A stretch of 36,956 bases of DNA, taken from positions 1 to 36,956 of the forward strand of contig JAAOYF010000013.1 of assembly GCA_018221205.1 (NCBI GenBank), in the 5' to 3' direction. The translations under genes and the position numbers were made by a program. Below the pieces are notes generated by a model, which was not told the DNA's origin, did not search any database, and saw only the letters and a program-made list of their open reading frames with translations. Of the stretch, positions 1 through 8,891 are shown one piece after another. Source of the DNA: Candidatus Woesearchaeota archaeon (GTDB lineage: Archaea > Nanobdellota > Nanobdellia > Woesearchaeales > WJIZ01). The first letter of the stretch is position 1. Every line of letters starts with the position of its first letter.

Positions 1-15
1 CGGACAAATCTTCAT
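1..15 (-). CDS. 5' end of a gene running off the window edge (MKICP...)
   Basis: ATG at 15-13 preceded by SD GAGGTGA; only five codons visible. Confidence 0.55.
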
Positions 16-17
16 TA

Positions 18-49
18 AAGTTCACCTCATTCTTTTTTGAGATGAACTT
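18..49 (-). promoter_or_regulatory. 12-bp hairpin sequestering the SD of the edge gene
   Basis: Minus strand AAGTTCATCTCA-N8-TGAGGTGAACTT pairs fully (one G-U); 3' arm contains GAGGTGA. Confidence 0.5.
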
Positions 50-188
50 ATTTATTAATCTGTCGATTAGTTAACACTGTCGCCTTACAGTATACACTTT
101 TCTGATACTGATACCCTCGATAAGCTTGTCCTATGGGGAAGAAATGACTATTATATGGTGAATAAATGGAAATTTATAATATTTATAA

Positions 189-455
189 TCATTCCAGGCT
201 CACAACATTGGTTGTGGGAAACTTGATGCCTGCCTTCTTCAGATCAGCATGCTCCTCTATCTGCTCCCGTGTTATGTCCATATAAGCCTCAAAATCCTCT
301 GGTTTGAGTTTCCGTATGAGAAAATGGAATGTATCGATATGCGTCCTATACACCAATCCCATCTCTTTATGCTGCTGGACGCATCGCTTGCAGATGAAGT
401 TCTTGCCGATGATCTCCAGCCATGGATCCTCTTTCTTACAATTATCGCAGTTCAT
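189..455 (-). CDS. Hypothetical protein with N-terminal Zn-ribbon (CDNC...CKRC)
   Basis: 88-aa ORF directly downstream of the GTPase; two CxxC motifs. Confidence 0.65.
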   Translation of the reverse strand: MNCDNCKKEDPWLEIIGKNFICKRCVQQHKEMGLVYRTHIDTFHFLIRKLKPEDFEAYMDITREQIEEHADLKKAGIKFPTTNVVSLE

Positions 456-465
456 TCATTGACCC

Positions 466-1206
466 CTAGATGATCTTTCCTTTCTGCCAGTCCTGCAGTA
501 CCTGCCTGGCTGCCCTCATGATGTCCATCTCACCACGCTTTTTTAAAATGTTGCGTTTTCTTGCGATATCCTCTAACGTGATCTCTTTATCCTCGCTTCT
601 ATCTACGCCATAGAATTTCTCGATCTTCCCTGGATACTTCCTCATGATCTGCATAGCCACGAGATCAGGATCCTTGACTTTAGTATAATCAGTCGTTCCG
701 ATCATAGCATGCTTCATCTGGTCCTCTTCTTTATAGGGAATGACCCCTGGTGTATCTAAGAACATGATCCTGCTGTCTCCCTTGACAAGCTGCACCCCTT
801 TTGTATGGCCGCTCATCGAACTGGTAGAAGCGCTTTTTCTCCCTTTCATCGCATTGATCAGAGAGCTCTTTCCGACGTTCGGATAGCCTAATACGCCGAC
901 AGTGACATTCTTCAACCCGATACGTTGTGTCTCTATCAGTATCCTCTCCCTCAGCCTTGATGTGCCGACATGCTTAGTAACAGAGACGAACACACAAGGA
1001 TTCAGGAATTCCCTAAACTCCCTCGCCTCTGAATCATCAATCAGGTCAAACTTGGTGATGGCGTAGATCAACGGCTTCTCTGCCTGTTTCACTTTATACT
1101 CGACTTCCTCATTCCTTGTCTCATTGATCATACGTGCATCTAACACTAAGAGAAGAATATCTGATCTCTCGATGACCTTATTCACCAATCTCCAATAATT
1201 CGCCAT
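466..1206 (-). CDS. YlqF/RbgA-family circularly permuted ribosome biogenesis GTPase
   Basis: DAR, TKFD (G4), GYPNVGKSS (G1), GHT (G2), DTPG (G3) in permuted order; likely leaderless ATG at 1206. Confidence 0.9.
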   Translation of the reverse strand: MANYWRLVNKVIERSDILLLVLDARMINETRNEEVEYKVKQAEKPLIYAITKFDLIDDSEAREFREFLNPCVFVSVTKHVGTSRLRERILIETQRIGLKNVTVGVLGYPNVGKSSLINAMKGRKSASTSSMSGHTKGVQLVKGDSRIMFLDTPGVIPYKEEDQMKHAMIGTTDYTKVKDPDLVAMQIMRKYPGKIEKFYGVDRSEDKEITLEDIARKRNILKKRGEMDIMRAARQVLQDWQKGKII

Positions 1207-1244
1207 AAGAGACAAAAGAAAAAGAGTGTATAAAAATGTTTAGG

Positions 1245-1940
1245 CTACATGCTTCCTTCTTGACTCACCATGTATGCCATAAGGCGATACATTGCGTGTA
1301 GGGTATAGAGAGAACCAGTCAAATTTAATTTTTCCATAAATAATTCAATTCCTGGATCATCAAACTCATCTTCTGGCTCGGGTGGAAACGCCTCTAGTCT
1401 TTTCCCTTTTAACGAATCACAAAGATATTTTGTTCCTTTCAATTGCTCTACAAAGTAATCTCGTAATTCAACAGCGAAGATCCTTCTTTCTTCCACCTCT
1501 AACCCATCAAAAGAAGTACATATATCTTCAAAATCCATACTAGTCTCAGCATTAACACGGTAAATTACCCAGAGCATCTGGATATGTTTTGGTTCTGTTA
1601 TTGGTAATTCAACACGGCAAGGAGTACACACGTTTGATTTTTTCGATTCATCAGAGTAAGGGGTTCCTTCACTCAGTTCTGTTGATTCGGTAATTTTTCC
1701 TTCAGTTAATCCGGACAAAGTTGCATCATAGAGTGCCAACAGGTACTCAGACCGTTCTAAAATAAGAGAATAAGACACACTTAATCGATCGATAATTTTC
1801 TCCATTTCTTGTACTTCTCGATCATTATTTTCAGCTTCGACATAATCTTTCCAGCTTTCAAGAAGGGCAGCTCTATTTGATTCAGGCGCCTCAACTCCTT
1901 TCACAAGATCTGCAATTGAATCTACCATGATTCTAACCAT
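1245..1940 (-). CDS. Hypothetical acidic helical protein
   Basis: 231-aa ORF, no recognised motif; start overlaps the end of upstream small ORF. Confidence 0.6.
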   Translation of the reverse strand: MVRIMVDSIADLVKGVEAPESNRAALLESWKDYVEAENNDREVQEMEKIIDRLSVSYSLILERSEYLLALYDATLSGLTEGKITESTELSEGTPYSDESKKSNVCTPCRVELPITEPKHIQMLWVIYRVNAETSMDFEDICTSFDGLEVEERRIFAVELRDYFVEQLKGTKYLCDSLKGKRLEAFPPEPEDEFDDPGIELFMEKLNLTGSLYTLHAMYRLMAYMVSQEGSM

Positions 1941-2040
1941 TCATCATGAGGGCAGTCTGAAAATAGCGATATTCGTGCTCCTCTTCGTCCTCTTCCTTCT
2001 TCTGTACTTTCTTGCTCCATACTTCCATATCTGGCATCAT
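1933..2040 (-). CDS. 35-aa small acidic peptide MMPDMEVWSKKVQKKEEDEEEHEYRYFQTALMMNG (not in ORF track)
   Basis: Strong SD GAGGTGGT just upstream of ATG at 2040; TAG stop at 1935-1933 overlaps next gene. Confidence 0.6.
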   Translation of the reverse strand: MMPDMEVWSKKVQKKEEDEEEHEYRYFQTALMMNG

Positions 2041-2149
2041 TTTTTACCACCTCAAAGTGAATGAGACATAAGTATTATATCAAATAGATTATGAAATATC
2101 CTGACATATATGGGAATATTTATAAATAAATACAGCTTTTTACTAATAT

Positions 2150-3118
2150 ATGGGTTATCAGTTAGACAAAATTGATAGAAGAATCCTCTTTGAACTAGAC
2201 AAAAATGCACGTATTCCTGATTCAAAACTCGCAAAATTAGTGAATAGAAGCAAGGAATCAGTTAGATATAGGATTAAAAAACTCATCAAAGATGGTATCA
2301 TTCTTAGCTTCACTACCTGGATAGATCCTGCAAAATTAGGATTTATCTCATCAAAGATTTATCTCAACCTAGCAAATAAGCCAGAACAAAAGAAAGCGTT
2401 TGTTGAAGATCTTAAGAAAGATAAAAATCTCTTCTGGCTTGGTATGGCTGAAGGTGCCTGGAATACAGGCTTGACCTATTTCATAGAATCCAATGCAGAT
2501 TTTTTTGATCTGAAGAATGCGCTCTTTACTAAATACCGTGAATTGATTCTCGATAGTCATACCGGCTCATTAGTTGGAGTGTACATCTGTGACAGGACAT
2601 TTCTCCATGATACAGAAACCAAATGGAAAAGGATGATCGGATCTCCAGAGAACCACGAATTAGACGAGATAGAAAAGAGCATTCTCAAGGAACTGTTTCA
2701 AGATGCAAGAATTAGTTTGGTAGAAATTGCAAGACGACATGATACGACAATAGATATCGTCAGGAACAGAATAAAGAAATTAGAAGAAAAAAAGATCATC
2801 TTCGCCTATAAAGCTATCATGGATTACAACAAGTTAGGCTATGAGTTCTTTAAGACCTTCCTCTATTTCCGAAATCTCACCAAAGAAGATGAACAGAAAC
2901 TCATGGAATACACGAGAAAACAGCCCCAGATCATACACTTAGTCAAACAGATCAGTCCTTGGGATATTGAATTAGAGATCATGTGCAAGACATATTTAGA
3001 ATATAATGAGATCATCTCAAAGCTGACTGAAGAATTCTCAGACATAATAAACAAGGTAGAAACAGCCATCATGGGCGAGGATTATGTCTTCCCAGCACAA
3101 AGAACGATTTTTGATTAG
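2150..3118 (+). CDS. Lrp/AsnC-family regulator with two tandem HTH-RAM units
   Basis: LDKIDRRILFELDKNARIP...YRIKKL and LDEIEKSILKELFQDARIS...RNRIKKLEE; TATA-like TTTATAAA at ~2119. Confidence 0.9.
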   Translation: MGYQLDKIDRRILFELDKNARIPDSKLAKLVNRSKESVRYRIKKLIKDGIILSFTTWIDPAKLGFISSKIYLNLANKPEQKKAFVEDLKKDKNLFWLGMAEGAWNTGLTYFIESNADFFDLKNALFTKYRELILDSHTGSLVGVYICDRTFLHDTETKWKRMIGSPENHELDEIEKSILKELFQDARISLVEIARRHDTTIDIVRNRIKKLEEKKIIFAYKAIMDYNKLGYEFFKTFLYFRNLTKEDEQKLMEYTRKQPQIIHLVKQISPWDIELEIMCKTYLEYNEIISKLTEEFSDIINKVETAIMGEDYVFPAQRTIFD

Positions 3119-3132
3119 CTGTTGAATATTGT

Positions 3133-3552
3133 TTATCGTCTGATTATTCTCTTGAGCGAGATTTTTTCTTGACTTTCATCAAAAGAAATAACGAATTTCT
3201 CAAAAAACCCTGTTCTTCCTAAAAGGACTGGAAAATCATATTTTCCAAGGATTACTTTTACAGGCATTTGAAAACTATAGCGCTCATGACCCTTTTGAAT
3301 CGAAATTCCCATATTCGTTTCCACTGAATCAACTTTGCCTCCGATTCCGAATGCAGGACTCTTTGCACCGCTAAGCCGAATTCCTAGAATTTCTGCAAGA
3401 TCTTGGGATATTGCCGAGATATCAGCCCCAGAATCCACTAGGGCAATAGTCTCAAATATCTCTTTCCCCCTTAAAGTTACTGGAATTGAAGGTGTTTTTA
3501 CCTGTGTCCCATCTGGTCTGCTGACTGCCTTGTACTTAAAGCTTATTGTCAT
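3133..3552 (-). CDS. Retropepsin-like aspartyl protease
   Basis: ALVDSGADIS catalytic motif and C-terminal LLGR. Confidence 0.85.
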   Translation of the reverse strand: MTISFKYKAVSRPDGTQVKTPSIPVTLRGKEIFETIALVDSGADISAISQDLAEILGIRLSGAKSPAFGIGGKVDSVETNMGISIQKGHERYSFQMPVKVILGKYDFPVLLGRTGFFEKFVISFDESQEKISLKRIIRR

Positions 3553-3752
3553 TTGAGAATAAAAATCATGGTAGCTTTATCAGGAACTCTCGTAATAAGT
3601 GGTCTTTTTGTAGGACACTTCTTTTTCGCTTCTGCAAATACTTTTTTTACATCAGTGCCGTGAGATACTATTTCTTGGTCGCATACAGCAACCCATTGCC
3701 CAATATAGGAATCTACATTACTTTTCATAAAGAACTGATAGTTATCTGCCAT
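3549..3752 (-). CDS. DUF5678-like small protein, coupled to the aspartyl protease
   Basis: YIGQWVAV..EIVSHG pattern; SD GGAGGT before ATG 3752; ATGA overlap with protease gene. Confidence 0.7.
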   Translation of the reverse strand: MADNYQFFMKSNVDSYIGQWVAVCDQEIVSHGTDVKKVFAEAKKKCPTKRPLITRVPDKATMIFILK

Positions 3753-3797
3753 ATTAACCTCCTTGCTCTGAAAAGACATCCTTCTATTTAAAGATTT

Positions 3798-5702
3798 CTA
3801 ACTGCCTTCAAACTCAGCCTTAACAATATCCCTATCCATCTTATTGATACATCGTCTAATTTTATCCTGAAGATTGACATCATGCGTTGCTTTATTGATC
3901 TGCTTCATGACATCGATCATACGCCTGAACAAACGGATGATATCGCCTTCAAGAAGATTGCAGTAATCCAGAAGGTGTTCAAAATCTCCGCCATCTGACC
4001 AATGGCTGATCAATTTTATCAACCTGCCGATGCTCCTCTTATTCAGCCTTGAATCAACATAATCATTTTTCTTGATGACTTTGACGATGTGCTCATAGAT
4101 CTGCTTTCCGCCTTTGGTGGAGAACTTATCGCTCCTCCTTTCTTCATAGACGATAGCAGCTATCAGACAATTGATCTCTGTCTCAGACAATTGCCCATAC
4201 ACTTTAGAGAAGAATATCTCGCTGATCAATAGCTCCTCGAAATAGATGTGTGTAGCAAAATCTCCCTTTTCGGTGAGATACTTCTCCTGGATGTACTCCA
4301 TGCTGCGTAGTTTCTTCACCTTGTTCTGGAACGAAGCAGCTATCCTGATCTGCTTCTCTGATTTCTTTCGCAGAAAATAATCAAAATTGCTCTTCAGGAT
4401 GATATCGATCTCTTCATCAGTATGGCCCTTGATAAGATTCAGGACAGTATTATACGAAAGCCTGAATTGGGAGATGATAGGTTCAATGTCTCGAGAGCTT
4501 ATTTTAGCCACTTTCTCAGGATCAGTCCTTACACGATCTACAAGCGCTATGACCGTCCCCTCTTTATCGATGCCTCTCCTGCCGGCTCTGCCAGCCAATT
4601 GAAAGTACTCTTTCGAATTGAGATATCTGAACATAGTACCATCATATTTGTCCAGAGAATCAAAGCAGACCGTCTTCGCAGGCATATTGACGCCTACAGC
4701 AAAGGTCTCTGTAGCATAAAGGACAGAGATAAGCCCTTTCTCAAATAACCGCTCGACAATCTCCTTCAGGTTAGGCAATAATCCGGCATGGTGATATGCT
4801 ATGCCTTTATTCACACATTGTCTCAAGCGCTGATAGCTCTGCATCTGCTTGACTTCCTTATTGATATAACGGTTGACAATATTGATGATCTGCACTTTTT
4901 CCACTTTAGAAGTATAATCTTGCTTCTTCGCAAGCTCATGGGCGTATTTTTCACACTTCTTCCTGCTGAACGTAAAATAGATGCAGGGCACTTTGCTCCC
5001 TATATCCCTTATAAGATCAAGATGATAAGCTGGTTTCTCTCTTATCTTCTTACCGCCGCTCCGCGTAAAAGCAGGTATGCCCTTTACTTGACGAAGGTCC
5101 TGAGGCATGCATATGCCAAGATGCTTCTCATAGACATAATGCGTCAGAGGGACTGCTCGCTTAAGATATTCGACTATCTCAACAGGATGCCCCTTGATTG
5201 AGCTGATCCACTCAGCAAACTCCTTGGCATTAGGGATAGTTGCAGATAAGCAGAGAAATCTGATGGAAGGAGGTGAAAAGATGATGCTTTCTTCCCATAC
5301 CGTACCTCTTTCCCTATCAGAGATGAAATGGATCTCATCAAAGATGACATAGCTCAGATGCTGGATGATCTCATCTTTGGCCAGAAGCATATTTCTGTAG
5401 ATTTCGGTGGTCATGACCAATAAGGGAGCATCTGGGTTGATGACGACATCACCAGTCATTATTCCCACATTATCCTTCCCATGATCCTTGATAAAATCCT
5501 TATACTTCTGATTAGAGAGTGCCTTGATAGGGGCAGTATAGATGACCCTCCTTTTCTTATCTAAGAAACGCTTGATCGTATAATCCGCTATAAGGGTCTT
5601 CCCTGTGCCAGTAGCCGCACTTACAATCACAGAATGGTGCTCCTCTATGTGCTTGATCGCTTCTATCTGGAAATCATCAAGTGTAAGTCCCTTAAATTGC
5701 AT
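3798..5702 (-). CDS. Ski2/Mtr4/HelY-like SF2 RNA helicase with DSHCT-type C-terminus
   Basis: ATGTGKT, PIKALSNQK, DEIH, SAT, HHAGL, QLAGRAGRRG, EGDIIR. Confidence 0.92.
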   Translation of the reverse strand: MQFKGLTLDDFQIEAIKHIEEHHSVIVSAATGTGKTLIADYTIKRFLDKKRRVIYTAPIKALSNQKYKDFIKDHGKDNVGIMTGDVVINPDAPLLVMTTEIYRNMLLAKDEIIQHLSYVIFDEIHFISDRERGTVWEESIIFSPPSIRFLCLSATIPNAKEFAEWISSIKGHPVEIVEYLKRAVPLTHYVYEKHLGICMPQDLRQVKGIPAFTRSGGKKIREKPAYHLDLIRDIGSKVPCIYFTFSRKKCEKYAHELAKKQDYTSKVEKVQIINIVNRYINKEVKQMQSYQRLRQCVNKGIAYHHAGLLPNLKEIVERLFEKGLISVLYATETFAVGVNMPAKTVCFDSLDKYDGTMFRYLNSKEYFQLAGRAGRRGIDKEGTVIALVDRVRTDPEKVAKISSRDIEPIISQFRLSYNTVLNLIKGHTDEEIDIILKSNFDYFLRKKSEKQIRIAASFQNKVKKLRSMEYIQEKYLTEKGDFATHIYFEELLISEIFFSKVYGQLSETEINCLIAAIVYEERRSDKFSTKGGKQIYEHIVKVIKKNDYVDSRLNKRSIGRLIKLISHWSDGGDFEHLLDYCNLLEGDIIRLFRRMIDVMKQINKATHDVNLQDKIRRCINKMDRDIVKAEFEGS

Positions 5703-5734
5703 ATGATATCAGAATTTTGCTTGTTTAAAAATCT

Positions 5735-6115
5735 TTAGGGTTGCCGTGCTTTAAATTCTTGAAGTGTCCGTGATACCAGGCCACTAACTTCTACAGCTGT
5801 CCGCCTATCTCCAGTTAATATGGAACCATGCCCACCTGCCCCAATATCACCCATAAATGTACTTGCGATTGTTTCACATGCTTTAAGATAAAGAAGATCA
5901 CCAAGAAGGGCTTTTGTATCTAGATCGTGTTCCATACAGTATTGTAATGCAGAGTTTAGAAAGTCTGAATTATTTCTAAGCATGGGTTCTTGCGGCACCA
6001 TCCATCCTTGACCGGCTAAATCAACTGCTCTCTGGGCTCTTTCATGATAATGCACAGGCATATCAACGCTTGTAGCCATACTTTCTAATCGATATGTTAC
6101 CATAAATACCACCAA
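5735..6115 (-). CDS. Hypothetical protein (start may be ATG 6103)
   Basis: ORF fills the gap between genes; TATA-like box upstream; no motif recognised. Confidence 0.5.
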   Translation of the reverse strand: MVVFMVTYRLESMATSVDMPVHYHERAQRAVDLAGQGWMVPQEPMLRNNSDFLNSALQYCMEHDLDTKALLGDLLYLKACETIASTFMGDIGAGGHGSILTGDRRTAVEVSGLVSRTLQEFKARQP

Positions 6116-6148
6116 TAGAGAAGAATGAAGAGGATTTTATAAGCTTTA

Positions 6149-6295
6149 TCAGGCTTTTCCCATGATCCTAAACACTTTTGTGCCGCAATGCACACATTTC
6201 CCTTTGAGAGCCATCATACCATTCTTCATAGTATAGTTCTCAGAATCCTTGATCTCTACTTGCTTCTTGCAGCGCATACATCTTCCTTTATCCAT
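6149..6295 (-). CDS. DUF5679-like Zn-ribbon protein (48 aa)
   Basis: CMRCKK...TMKNG..ALKGKCVHCGTKVFRI; SD GGTGA before ATG 6295. Confidence 0.75.
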   Translation of the reverse strand: MDKGRCMRCKKQVEIKDSENYTMKNGMMALKGKCVHCGTKVFRIMGKA

Positions 6296-6323
6296 AGAAT
6301 CACCAAAAAAAAGAGAAAAAGAA

Positions 6324-6491
6324 TTATTTCTTGAGCTTCTGGGCCTGTTCCTTTGAGAGTACTCTCCAGCACTCATGTGGACCAGATAGGGACTTTGCTA
6401 CTGCAAAGAATCGGCCTTTTCGCTCTTTCACTGTAAAACTGGTTGCCTTAAACTTCTTCTTTGACTTGACATCATAAAATTCCATTTCCAT
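6324..6491 (-). CDS. Small basic protein resembling crenarchaeal chromatin protein CC1
   Basis: FYDVKSKKKF...GRFFAVAKS...RVLSK resembles recalled CC1 pattern FYDIKAKQxF...FAVAKS...YRLLGK; SD AGGTGG. Confidence 0.65.
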   Translation of the reverse strand: MEMEFYDVKSKKKFKATSFTVKERKGRFFAVAKSLSGPHECWRVLSKEQAQKLKK

Positions 6492-6598
6492 GGTACCACC
6501 TTCCGCCAAACTATTGGCTATCTGTGTTTGAGCCATGTGTACTTTATAAAGCTTTTGCTCTATACACAGGAATTAAGCATGAAGTCAAAAAAAAGTGC

Positions 6599-6793
6599 TT
6601 ATTCAGCACGTTTGACATTAACAGCCTTAGGACCACGGTCTCCTTGCTCAACATCGAACTCAACTTGATCATTCTCGTTGATAGAGACGCCTTCTTGTAG
6701 GCCTGTCTGATGTACAAAGTACTCTTTACCGTCTTCAGACTCGATGAAACCGAATCCCTTCATGGTGTTAAAAAACTTTACTTTACCTTTCAT
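6599..6793 (-). CDS. cspA: Cold-shock protein
   Basis: KGKVKFFN..KGFGFI (RNP1), YFVH (RNP2), GPKAVNV. Confidence 0.95.
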   Translation of the reverse strand: MKGKVKFFNTMKGFGFIESEDGKEYFVHQTGLQEGVSINENDQVEFDVEQGDRGPKAVNVKRAE

Positions 6794-6927
6794 TTTTGTT
6801 CCTCCTTATAATACACATTTACTTTTTTTTGGCACGGATTGCAGTAAATCTTCTTAGATTCCTTTTTGGGCAAAACCATTCGTTTTTTGCACATTCTGCA
6901 ATACTTGACTATGTTGTACTCAACCAT
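6790..6927 (-). CDS. 45-aa Zn-ribbon protein MVEYNIVKYCRMCKKRMVLPKKESKKIYCNPCQKKVNVYYKEEQK (not in ORF track)
   Basis: SD GGAGG within helicase 3' end; CxxC-x15-CxxC; TGA overlaps cspA ATG. Confidence 0.75.
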   Translation of the reverse strand: MVEYNIVKYCRMCKKRMVLPKKESKKIYCNPCQKKVNVYYKEEQK

Positions 6928-8087
6928 CTTCCCCTCCGGGGTCTTTGTGAATGTGACCCTCTTGGCCTCTCTGTAATGGCGCCTATCTGTTTCAGATAAG
7001 GCCTCTCGATCTTCTCAATCTTAAATACATTATCTCTCAATATTCTTGAGAAATTATCATGATCAGCATTGCTCAAGAGGTTGATGACCTTCCCTTCCTC
7101 TCCTGCCCTGGCAGTCCTGCCTATCCTATGGACATAATCCTTAGAATCCTTAGGCAATTCATAATTGTACACATGCGAGACATCATCGATATGCAGGCCG
7201 CGTGCTGCGACATCAGTGCATACTAAGACACCCACCTTGCCGTTATTGAATGAATTGATAGTATCAGTCCTCTTATTTTGGGACAATCCCCCATGGATAG
7301 CGATAGCACTGACCTTGTTAGCTTTCAGGTTCTTGACCACAAAATCAGTCGTTCTTCGGGTGTTGCAGAACACCATCACCAAACCCCTATTCTCATGCTC
7401 TAGAAGGTGCGCTAAAAGTGATAATTTCATATTTCTGGGAATATCATAGTATTCCTGCTTGAGCTTTGAAGGGTCGACATGTCTCTTAGCTGCTACGATG
7501 ACTGGATCATGCATATGCCTTTTGGCCAGATCCTTCACTCTAGGGGTGATGGTAGCAGAAAAGAACAAGGTCTGCCTTTTCTTAGGGCAGTTCTTGATGA
7601 TCTTCTGGACATCATCGATGAAGCCCATATCAAACATCCTGTCTGCTTCATCAAGTACTAAGATGCTGATCTTAGAGGTATTGATGGTTCCTCTTTGAAG
7701 ATGGTCCAATAATCTTCCTGGAGTCGCAACAACAACATGGGATCGCTCTAAATCGTGTATCTGCGGATTGATAGAGACTCCCCCATAGACAGCCATTACC
7801 TTTAACTCAGGTGCAAAATTCTGTAATGCTCCTTTTACCTGTTCTGCTAATTCCCTTGTAGGGGTCAGAATCAATGATTGCAGACCTCCATCTTTCTCGA
7901 GATGGTCTGCTATTCCACAGCCAAAAGCCAAAGTCTTTCCAGAGCCTGTAGCAGATTCTCCAACAACATCCTGCCCTTTCATGATAGGCGGGATAGACTT
8001 TTCTTGGATCTGCGTGGGTGTGACTAAGCCTAGCTTCTTTATAGCTGCTAGCAAGGTATTGCTTAAGCCGAAATCTTCAAATTTCAT
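6909..8087 (-). CDS. DEAD-box RNA helicase (CshA/DeaD-like)
   Basis: Q motif, ATGSGKT, PTRELA, TPGR, DEAD, SAT, HRIGRTAR; likely start MKFEDFGL at 8087. Confidence 0.95.
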   Translation of the reverse strand: MKFEDFGLSNTLLAAIKKLGLVTPTQIQEKSIPPIMKGQDVVGESATGSGKTLAFGCGIADHLEKDGGLQSLILTPTRELAEQVKGALQNFAPELKVMAVYGGVSINPQIHDLERSHVVVATPGRLLDHLQRGTINTSKISILVLDEADRMFDMGFIDDVQKIIKNCPKKRQTLFFSATITPRVKDLAKRHMHDPVIVAAKRHVDPSKLKQEYYDIPRNMKLSLLAHLLEHENRGLVMVFCNTRRTTDFVVKNLKANKVSAIAIHGGLSQNKRTDTINSFNNGKVGVLVCTDVAARGLHIDDVSHVYNYELPKDSKDYVHRIGRTARAGEEGKVINLLSNADHDNFSRILRDNVFKIEKIERPYLKQIGAITERPRGSHSQRPRRGRWLSTT

Positions 8088-8193
8088 TAGTTTACAAGCA
8101 CTTTTCCAGAAAAAGCTAAATGTTTGGTGAACAAGTGCTCTCTCGAAATGCTTACTGAAGATAAGAAATCCCCTCATACTATATAAAGCTTTG

Positions 8194-8859
8194 CTATCCC
8201 ACAATCTTCAGAATCTCGCTGAAATCATCTACAGTATAATCAGCGTCAGTCTTCTCTTTACGCCAATTACCATAACGCGCATAGCAGGTCTGTATTCCGA
8301 CTGCTTTCGCACCTTTGATGTCCCGCTCAGGCCTATCTCCGATCATGAGGCATTCCTCAGGTTTGAGATTAAGCTTTTTCAACACAACCATAAAAGGCTT
8401 CCGTGCTGGCTTATGCTTCTTCGTATCTTCAAATGCCACAACAGCATCAAAAAAACTATCTAACCGCATCGCACTCAGTCTGATCCATGCCTTAAGCCTT
8501 GGAGCATCTGAAAGGATAGCAAGTTTCACTCCTTTCTCTTTAAATTTGATCAACGTGCTCATCACATGTGGATAAGGCTCGAGATAGCCGTAACGAACCC
8601 TTCGATAGGCATTGATAGCATTAGCCAATATCTTATCATCTACTTTTCCTATGACTTTCTTGAGATATTTCTGGAAGACAGTGGAATCTTCATAGCCAAA
8701 CTCATCAAGGATCTCCCATAGTCTCCTGATGATCTTCTCCTTTTTCTCCTTCAATCCGGCATCGATCATCGCAGAAGCTGCTGCTTCTAAAGTCATGTTC
8801 TTCATCCTGATGAAATCTATCAGAGTATTGTCCACATCAAAAATAACAGCTTTTATCAT
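8194..8859 (-). CDS. HAD-superfamily hydrolase (subfamily IA)
   Basis: FDVDNTL, KP, IGDRPERDI motifs. Confidence 0.9.
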   Translation of the reverse strand: MIKAVIFDVDNTLIDFIRMKNMTLEAAASAMIDAGLKEKKEKIIRRLWEILDEFGYEDSTVFQKYLKKVIGKVDDKILANAINAYRRVRYGYLEPYPHVMSTLIKFKEKGVKLAILSDAPRLKAWIRLSAMRLDSFFDAVVAFEDTKKHKPARKPFMVVLKKLNLKPEECLMIGDRPERDIKGAKAVGIQTCYARYGNWRKEKTDADYTVDDFSEILKIVG

Positions 8860-8891
8860 AGGAATAGATTATCTCTTGAGCTTTATAATCC

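Noticed and set aside
50..140. SAM-I riboswitch (CTTATCGAG resemblance on minus strand)
   Set aside because: GCAAC and GGTGC core motifs are absent
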